From Gemmatimonadota bacterium (lineage in GTDB: Bacteria; Gemmatimonadota; Gemmatimonadetes; Palauibacterales; KS3-K002): a DNA stretch of 64,000 nt. The notes under the pieces are model-generated. The model made no database searches. It worked only from the letters and a program-made list of their open reading frames with translations, and was not told the DNA's origin. This document shows positions 1 through 6,330 of this stretch, in pieces; position 1 is the first letter of the stretch; each line of letters begins with the position of its first letter. The translations under genes were made by a program, and so were the position numbers. Location: NCBI GenBank assembly GCA_039586795.1, contig JBDHJS010000027.1:1-64000 (forward strand), written 5' to 3'.

Positions 1-1
1 T

Positions 2-775
2 GCCGCCACCAAGTTCATAGCGGGTGGATACCAACCAGATTGCGCGGAAGGTGGACTGCGGGCTGTGCTTGCATCGGGATCGACGGCCCACGCATGGGTT
101 GCCGCTCTGGGGCTCCAGAGCTTGTTGGTAGCACGGGGTCGCTACGAAGAAGCGATTGCACTATTGGACTCGACGATTTCCAGCGGTGTTTCGGCAGGAA
201 TGAACTACTTCCTTCTCGGCGCGGTCGCGGGCGCGCCGATGATCGAGAATGCCCAGGGCGTTGTTGGAATTGCTAAGCAGTACTTCGGCCAGTCATACGA
301 GAATCTCGGTGGTCCGATGACGGCGTGGCTTCTTGGCTCGTTTCATCTGATGCAGGGTGAAACTGACGATGTGGAGAGCATCCAGGCGGCGTTGAGTCGG
401 CTCGTGAGTGAAGGCAAGCCAGGCGCAGCGGCCTATGCCGAGGCGATCGGTGCGCAGATCGCGCTTGCGGAAGCGGATACTTCCGCCGCTCTCTCCACGT
501 TCGCAGCGCTTCGATCGAACGCCCGGCGTGATGACCTTTTCTGGGGGCTCGTCGATCAGTTTCCGGTGGAGCGTCTGATGCTGGCGAGACTGCTGGTCGA
601 AACAGGGAGGTACGAGGAGGCATTGCGCGCGGCGTCGGTCTTCGATCAAGAACCGATCGTCTTCGTTCCGTTCCTCCCGGCCAGCCTGGAGGTGCGCATC
701 GAGGCCGCGGAGGCTCTGGGTCTGACCGATCGGGCCGAGGAATACGATCGGCGACTCAGGCGCCTGCGTCAGTGA
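2..775 (+). CDS. 5'-truncated TPR-rich protein, C-terminal part of a TolB-like/TPR membrane receptor or kinase
   Basis: Frame is open from base 2 to TGA 773-775. Helical TPR-like repeats; the C-terminus (VFVPFLPASLEVRIEAAEALG...AEEY) resembles that of 53308..55722. Confidence 0.7.
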   Translation, partial: AATKFIAGGYQPDCAEGGLRAVLASGSTAHAWVAALGLQSLLVARGRYEEAIALLDSTISSGVSAGMNYFLLGAVAGAPMIENAQGVVGIAKQYFGQSYENLGGPMTAWLLGSFHLMQGETDDVESIQAALSRLVSEGKPGAAAYAEAIGAQIALAEADTSAALSTFAALRSNARRDDLFWGLVDQFPVERLMLARLLVETGRYEEALRAASVFDQEPIVFVPFLPASLEVRIEAAEALGLTDRAEEYDRRLRRLRQ

Positions 776-806
776 ATGGTCCACGCCCACTCGAGCGAAG
801 CCACCG

Positions 807-2642
807 ATGGAATACCTCGACTTCGATTTGCTGATCAAGAGTAGCGGTACTCCCGACCGCTACCGTCTGGAGGCGCGCTCGCCCGCCGGTGAGCATAGGC
901 TGGAGATCAACTTCGTTTTCGACACGGAGTTCGAGTCGAGGACTCGTGAGGCGGTAGCAGCCGCCATCGCCCGATCCGCGGACGCCGTGCGGGATGCTTT
1001 GATCGGTGAACGGGAATTGGATGAACTCCCCGAGTTGGAGCGCCTGGCGCGGTTCGGGCAAGAACTCTTCGATCTTCTCTTCACCGGCGAGTTGTTAGGC
1101 GCTTATCGCGCGAGCCGCGCCACGGTCAAGCGGGCGGAGAAGGGCCTTCGCTTGAGGCTGCACATCGATGCGCCGCAACTCGTCTCGCTGCCCTGGGAGT
1201 TCGTCTACGACAAGGTCGAGGGTGACTACGTCTGTCTCTCCAGAACGACCCCTCTGATCCGCTACCTTGATCTGGGCCAGCCACCGAGGCCGCTGGCTGT
1301 GAAGCCACCGCTTCGTGTGCTCGGCGTCGTCGCCAGCCCCCGTGACCTGGCGCCCCTCGACGTCGATGCTGAGAAAGCACGGATCGAGGCGGCAACCCAT
1401 AGGCTCCAGGAATCGGGCCAGCTCAGCCTGACCTGGATGGAGGGGCACACCTGGCGCGACTTGTTGCGCGCCATGCAGACCGGTCCTTGGCACGTCCTTC
1501 ACTACATCGGACACGGAGGATTCGACACCGCCAGGGGCGAGGGGAACATTGCCCTCGCCGACGAAGCGGGGGACGCGTACTGGCTGTCGGCCACGGAGCT
1601 CGGTCGATTGCTCGCCGATCAAGGCTCGTTGCGTCTCGTCGTCCTCAACTCGTGTGAGGGCAGCCGGGGAAGTGGGCGGGACGTCCTCTCCAGTACGGCG
1701 GCGACGCTCATGCGGCGGGGCATTCCCGCAGTCGTAGCGATGCAGTACGAGATCACAGATACGGCGGCCATCGAATTCGCTCGCGCGTTTTATGGCGCCG
1801 TCTCTCGTGGGCTACCAGTCGATGCGGGTCTGACCGAGGCGCGAAAGGCGATGAGCCTCGCGCGGTGTCGGTCGGAGTGGGGGACGCCGGTGCTTCACAT
1901 GCGGTCGCCGGATGGCCGCCTGTTCGATGTCGGTAGGGTTCCTGCCGCCGCCGACGCGAGCGCCAGGTCGGCTCCATCGGCGTCCGTCAGAGAGGCTAAA
2001 CCCTATGGAAAGGCGCCGGCGGTCGAGAAACCGCCTCGACAGACTGCTACGCGGGCAACAGAGTCAGCCGACGCGGTGTCGCCGCCCGAAAGACGTTCAC
2101 GTCTTGGGAGTGCTCTCATGCGTCTCCCATGGAAGGTCATAATCGTCATAATACTCACCCTCACGGTGGCAGCCCTGCCATTCACCCCTGTTCGACCTTA
2201 CCTCATCCCCGAGAACGAGCACTTCCGCGTGATCGGGTTCTTCACCACGCTGTTCGTGGTGTTCGGGTTCTATATGACTGTGGCTTACCGCGAGTGGATA
2301 AGGCGGAATCTGCTATGGTTCACCGGGCTGAGCCTGATCACGCTCGCCCTTTTGGCGGCCTTCAACCTATTTTTGGTGTACCCTACGGAGGATGGCCGCT
2401 TCCTGGTGGGCCTATCCTACTCTGAGGAGGGACAGCAATGGCTGGACGAACATGATGAAGTATCGGGGAATGAAGATTCCGCGTTTATAGCTGCGATCGG
2501 GCCTGACAAGATCCCCTCTATGTATAAGTACTACTATTGGGCGATGGGGCTGTATGCGTTGAGTTACCTCGGGTTCGTCCTGGGACTGGTTATGATCTTT
2601 GGGGGAACGCTGCTCCCACGCAGAGATAGAAGCCCACCCTGA
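807..2642 (+). CDS. CHAT (caspase-HetF) domain protein with C-terminal transmembrane helices
   Basis: LPWE motif, catalytic His (LHYIGHGGF) and Cys (VLNSCEG), AVVAMQYEITD motif, Ala/Pro linker, then about 4 hydrophobic segments. Confidence 0.9.
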   Translation: MEYLDFDLLIKSSGTPDRYRLEARSPAGEHRLEINFVFDTEFESRTREAVAAAIARSADAVRDALIGERELDELPELERLARFGQELFDLLFTGELLGAYRASRATVKRAEKGLRLRLHIDAPQLVSLPWEFVYDKVEGDYVCLSRTTPLIRYLDLGQPPRPLAVKPPLRVLGVVASPRDLAPLDVDAEKARIEAATHRLQESGQLSLTWMEGHTWRDLLRAMQTGPWHVLHYIGHGGFDTARGEGNIALADEAGDAYWLSATELGRLLADQGSLRLVVLNSCEGSRGSGRDVLSSTAATLMRRGIPAVVAMQYEITDTAAIEFARAFYGAVSRGLPVDAGLTEARKAMSLARCRSEWGTPVLHMRSPDGRLFDVGRVPAAADASARSAPSASVREAKPYGKAPAVEKPPRQTATRATESADAVSPPERRSRLGSALMRLPWKVIIVIILTLTVAALPFTPVRPYLIPENEHFRVIGFFTTLFVVFGFYMTVAYREWIRRNLLWFTGLSLITLALLAAFNLFLVYPTEDGRFLVGLSYSEEGQQWLDEHDEVSGNEDSAFIAAIGPDKIPSMYKYYYWAMGLYALSYLGFVLGLVMIFGGTLLPRRDRSPP

Positions 2643-2784
2643 GCCTGCTGCCGAAGCGCCCCCTGTTGCGCCCGACCACCCCATCCTGCTAGGGTCAAGG
2701 CTCGACGGAACTCACTAGAGGCGAGTCGCTGGCACCGTGTTCTTGTTCAAGCCGGGCTTGGCATTTGCCGATTGGATGAAAATT

Positions 2785-3333
2785 ATGAAAGCCGCAGCTC
2801 TTGTTTTCGGTGTTGCAGTACTCTGTCCAGCGTTTGCGTCCGCCCAACACGACCATGCTCCGTACGCCGGCCTGCAGGAACGGGAAATCAAAGCGCTGTC
2901 GGCGGAAGAGGTTGAGGGCTATCTGGACGGCGCCGGGATGAGCATGGCGCTGTCCGGCGAGCTGAACGGCTACCCCGGCCCGCGTCACGTCCTGGAGCTA
3001 GCCGAGCAGTTGGAGCTGAGTGAGGAACAGGTCGCGGCGGTCCAGGGGATCTACGACTTGATGCACCGGAGAGCCGTTCTACATGGGAATCTGATCGTTG
3101 AAAGAGCCGTTCTACATGGGAATCTGATCGTTGAACTTGAGCGCCGGTTGGATCAGTGGTTTGCCGAGCGGTCCATAACCCCGGAACGGCTAAGCATATT
3201 TACGGGTCAGATCGCGCAGCTTCAGGGGGAGCTGCGGGCGGTACATCTGACAGCGCACCTGGAGACCGCTGAGGTGTTGAGCCAGCATCAGCGCCATACT
3301 TATGATCGCCTGCGCGGCTACTCCGAGCACTAG
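2785..3333 (+). CDS. Spy/CpxP-like periplasmic helical protein (heavy-metal sensor-like)
   Basis: Signal peptide (MKAAALVF...ASA/QHDH), YAGxQxREIKALS and ELNGYPGPRHVLE motifs, LELSEEQ and LSQHQ LTxxQ-like repeats. Start could be 2776. Confidence 0.75.
   Translation: MKAAALVFGVAVLCPAFASAQHDHAPYAGLQEREIKALSAEEVEGYLDGAGMSMALSGELNGYPGPRHVLELAEQLELSEEQVAAVQGIYDLMHRRAVLHGNLIVERAVLHGNLIVELERRLDQWFAERSITPERLSIFTGQIAQLQGELRAVHLTAHLETAEVLSQHQRHTYDRLRGYSEH
3070..3135 (+). repeat. Exact 33-bp tandem duplication (RAVLHGNLIVE x2)
   Basis: agagccgttctacatgggaatctgatcgttgaa at 3070-3102 and 3103-3135. Confidence 0.97.
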
Positions 3334-3341
3334 AAGACCAC

Positions 3342-3863
3342 ATGTTTCTGTTCAAGCTCGTTCGCTCGATCATCAAGGCCCTCCACTCGGACGGCACCCC
3401 CGGCCAGGTGGCGATGGGAATTGCTCTGGGCTCGATCCTCGGGCTGACGCCGCTGGTCAGCCTGCACAACGCGCCGATCATCGCCGTCATCCTGCTGCTC
3501 AACGTCTCGGTGCCTGGCGCCATGCTGGGCTGGCTGGTCTTCGTGCCGCTGGGCTTCATCCTCGACCCGGTGTTCGATACGGTTGGCGACTACTTTTTGA
3601 TGGACGCCGCGACGTTGGAAGGCTTCTGGTCGTGGTCGTTCAGCCGCCCGGTCATCGCGCTGATGAACTTCAACAACACGATCGTGTTGGGCAGCTTTTT
3701 GATCTCGGTGGCGCTGTTCGTGCCGATCTTCTACGCCAGCCGCTTCGGGGTGACCCGCTACCGCGCCACCATCGCCGAGCGGATCCGGCGCTCCGCCTTC
3801 TACAAGATGTGGAAGGCGTCGAAGCTCTACTCCGTCTACAAACTCTTCCAGCCGAGGACCTGA
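3342..3863 (+). CDS. TIGR03546-family membrane protein
   Basis: LHSDGTPGQVAMGIALG..LGLTP and FNNTIVLGS motifs; directly upstream of a TIGR03545-like partner. Confidence 0.85.
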   Translation: MFLFKLVRSIIKALHSDGTPGQVAMGIALGSILGLTPLVSLHNAPIIAVILLLNVSVPGAMLGWLVFVPLGFILDPVFDTVGDYFLMDAATLEGFWSWSFSRPVIALMNFNNTIVLGSFLISVALFVPIFYASRFGVTRYRATIAERIRRSAFYKMWKASKLYSVYKLFQPRT

Positions 3864-3865
3864 TC

Positions 3866-5635
3866 ATGAAGAAAGGGATCTTCCGCTGGAGAGCCATCGG
3901 CGTATTGATCGGACTCGCGATCGTCGTCGGCATTGTGTGGTTCATCATCGCCGAGCCGGTGACGGAGCGTACCCTCGAGTCCATCGGCACGCGCATGATC
4001 GGCGCTCGGGTGGAGATCGAAAAAGTGGAGCTGGGGTTCGGGAGTGCGTCCCTACAAGGGGTGACTGTAGCCAGCCCGTTCGTGCCACTCGAAAATCTGC
4101 TGGAGGCGGAGGAGCTGGCGGCCGAGATCAACCTGATCCCGCTGCTCAAGAAGAAGGTGGTGATCGAGCGGTTGGCGGCGACAGGGATGAGGTTCGGAAC
4201 GAGTCGTGAGACCGACGGCCGCGTGGAGTTGGAGGGCGGACGCCGTGGCGTGATCGACCCCCGTGGCTGGTCCGAGTTGTTCGACTTCCCGGCCCTCGAC
4301 CTGGTGACCGGCGAAGTCTCGGTGACCGATCTGGATCCGAACGATCTGTACACCGTGCAGCAGGCGCAGGCGCTGACCGGTCGCGCCGACTCGACGTGGA
4401 CGGCATGGCAGGCGATGGCCACGCAGATCGAGGACTCGGTCACCGCCACCGTGGAAGCCGTGGAGAACATGCTGGAGCGTCTGCAGAACGCCCGGCTCAC
4501 CGACCTCGGTTTGATCAACGACGCGCGAAACACGATCGAGCAGGTCGAAAGCACGGTGGAGCGGCTGGAGAGCATCGAGGCCGAAGTCGACAACACGCTG
4601 AACGGTATGGAGAGGGAAGTGGCGGGGCTGAGCGATGCCACGCAACGCGATTACGATCGCGCCCGGGACTTCGTTCGCCTGCCCACCATCGATGCGGGCC
4701 GCATCGCCGCCGCGATCTTCGGCCCCGTTGCCGTCGAGCGCTTCCAGCGCGGCGTCTACTGGTCGGAGCTGGCGCGCCGCTACATGCCGCCGGGACTGAA
4801 ACCGCGAGCGCGGCCGGGTCCGAAGCGGGCCCGGGCCTCCGGCTCCACGGTGAATTTCCCGCGCCAGGGCGAGTACCCCGGCTTCTTGTTGGAGTTGGCG
4901 GAGCTGTCGTTCAGCCTTGCCGATGACGCACCGGCGAGTGCCGCCGACGATGAATACGCGGGCCGGCTGAGCGGCCTGACTTCAGCGCCGGCGATCTACG
5001 GAAGGCCAACGGAAGCCGCGGTGCGGGCGCCTAACGTGGTGGGCGGCGGCCTGTTCGATCACACCGGCGAGATGCCCCGAGACTCACTCGGTGCGACCAT
5101 CGCCGGCCTGCGTCTCGACACGCTGAGTCTCGGCGCGCTTCCCATCCGCCTCGCGACCGGCGCGCTGACCACCACCTTCTCCTTCGACCTGACCGACGAC
5201 CAGCTCACCGCCGGTTGGTCGATCAATGCCGACCGCGTCGACTGGCTCCGCGACTCCGCCGGCGCCACCAACGAGATAGAAGACCTGATCTGGCGCGCCG
5301 TCTCCGGCATCCAAAACGTTCAGGTCTCCGCCCAACTCTCCGGCACGCTATCCGATCCCAGCCTGGCGGTCTCGTCGAATCTGGACCGCGCCATCGCCGA
5401 CCGCATCCGTGCCGTGGCTGGCGAGGAGATTGCCGCCGCGGAAAGCCGACTGCGCGCGGAAGTCGATCGCCTCGTCGAGGGTCCCATCGCGAGTGCGGGC
5501 GACCGGGTCGTTCTTTTACGCGGTCAGGTGATGCCGCTCCTCGCCGCCCAGGACGAACGGCTCGCCGAGGCGCAGCGGCAGCTGGAGGAGCGCATCCGGG
5601 AACTGACGGGCGGCATAAGAATCCCGGGTTCTTGA
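3866..5635 (+). CDS. TIGR03545-family (AsmA-like) membrane-anchored protein
   Basis: ATG 3866 is 2 nt after the TIGR03546 stop. IFRWRAI N-terminus plus TM helix, coiled-coil middle, R..G..V.FP motif and LAVSSNLDRAI C-terminal motif. Confidence 0.85.
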   Translation: MKKGIFRWRAIGVLIGLAIVVGIVWFIIAEPVTERTLESIGTRMIGARVEIEKVELGFGSASLQGVTVASPFVPLENLLEAEELAAEINLIPLLKKKVVIERLAATGMRFGTSRETDGRVELEGGRRGVIDPRGWSELFDFPALDLVTGEVSVTDLDPNDLYTVQQAQALTGRADSTWTAWQAMATQIEDSVTATVEAVENMLERLQNARLTDLGLINDARNTIEQVESTVERLESIEAEVDNTLNGMEREVAGLSDATQRDYDRARDFVRLPTIDAGRIAAAIFGPVAVERFQRGVYWSELARRYMPPGLKPRARPGPKRARASGSTVNFPRQGEYPGFLLELAELSFSLADDAPASAADDEYAGRLSGLTSAPAIYGRPTEAAVRAPNVVGGGLFDHTGEMPRDSLGATIAGLRLDTLSLGALPIRLATGALTTTFSFDLTDDQLTAGWSINADRVDWLRDSAGATNEIEDLIWRAVSGIQNVQVSAQLSGTLSDPSLAVSSNLDRAIADRIRAVAGEEIAAAESRLRAEVDRLVEGPIASAGDRVVLLRGQVMPLLAAQDERLAEAQRQLEERIRELTGGIRIPGS

Positions 5636-5699
5636 GTCGCCACTCCGTCATCGCTGGATGGGCTATTCGATACTTAACAACAATCATTATCAATTCTTG

Positions 5700-5728
5700 T
5701 TGCCATTTCGGCTGAGTCGTTGCATAGT
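5700..5728 (+). promoter_or_regulatory. sigma70-like promoter TTGCCA-N17-CATAGT of leader cassette copy 1
   Basis: Identical hexamers and 17-nt spacer recur at 9351-9379. Confidence 0.65.
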
Positions 5729-5740
5729 GGCCACATACTG

Positions 5741-5799
5741 GTAGGTGGGCTGAGGACGTCGAACGTTCCCGCTGACTGGAGTCCTCAGTCGTGGCAGTA
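5741..5799 (+). promoter_or_regulatory. Conserved 5'-leader hairpin motif, copy 1
   Basis: AGGTGGGCTGAGGACG...GGAGTCCTCAGTCGTG; stem GGCTGAGGAC/GTCCTCAGTC; homologous to 9389-9444 (+) and 23322-23379 (-). Confidence 0.75.
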
Positions 5800-5919
5800 C
5801 GACATGCAGTACCTCGCCGCTCGATCTGGCCAGCACGCCTTGCGTGTTGGTGTAGACTAACGCCGATCGCAAGAGCTTCACGATTTTTCCGCAGAGAGCG
5901 TGCACCGCCTCCTTGCTAA
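5791..5919 (+). CDS. Putative RAPP-motif leader (arrest) peptide, 42 aa: MAVRHAVPRRSIWPARLACWCRLTPIARASRFFRRERAPPPC
   Basis: GGAG 9 nt before GTG; RAPPP at codons 37-41; gapless homology with the uORF at 23156..23329, mostly via synonymous codons. Below the ORF-track length cut-off. Confidence 0.65.
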   Translation: MAVRHAVPRRSIWPARLACWCRLTPIARASRFFRRERAPPPC

Positions 5920-5979
5920 CCCAACAGGGGGTGGGTGGTGCCCGTGTGTCCGATGCCCCCAGCGAACGGGAGGTACGTC

Positions 5980-6276
5980 ATGCCTCAGGTTGCTACAGAA
6001 GTACTCACCATAGACATCAGGGTCATCGACGGTAAGATCTACTGCCCGAATCGACGCGCGAGTAAGTACGACGAGGTCTTCTGGGTGTGTGACACCCATC
6101 ACTGGCGCGTCGAGTTCAACAAGGGCGGAAGCCCCTTCACGGCGCTTGGCTTCGGAAACAAGCCAGGGGCGAAGGAGGGAGATCTCGTGGAGTGGCCCGG
6201 AGTATACGACTACACGGTCTATGCCGAGGGTTGCGAGCCGCTCGATCCGGTACTGAGAGTAGATGAAGAGATCTGA
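5980..6276 (+). CDS. Small beta-rich hypothetical protein, 98 aa, possibly cupredoxin-like fold
   Basis: GGGAGG RBS at 5968-5973, coding-like codon usage, GVYDYTV...LDP C-terminal pattern, 3 Cys plus HH; no signal peptide. Confidence 0.75.
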   Translation: MPQVATEVLTIDIRVIDGKIYCPNRRASKYDEVFWVCDTHHWRVEFNKGGSPFTALGFGNKPGAKEGDLVEWPGVYDYTVYAEGCEPLDPVLRVDEEI

Positions 6277-6298
6277 GGCATCGTCACCAAAGGGAGGT

Positions 6299-6330
6299 CG
6301 GTAGGCGCGACGCCCGTGTCGCGCCTACCG
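6299..6330. terminator. Perfect 13-bp hairpin between convergent genes (bidirectional terminator or REP-like)
   Basis: cggtaggcgcgac-gcccgt-gtcgcgcctaccg. Confidence 0.7.

Noticed and set aside
3302..3865. N-terminal extension of the 777-aa ORF
   Set aside because: It overlaps the TIGR03546 gene in another frame; the real start is ATG 3866.
5741..5799. Leader hairpin as a TPP riboswitch (GCTGAG...GAAC)
   Set aside because: It lacks the CUGAGA and CCUGAU...AAU...CGUAGGGA core, and the downstream genes are not thiamine related.
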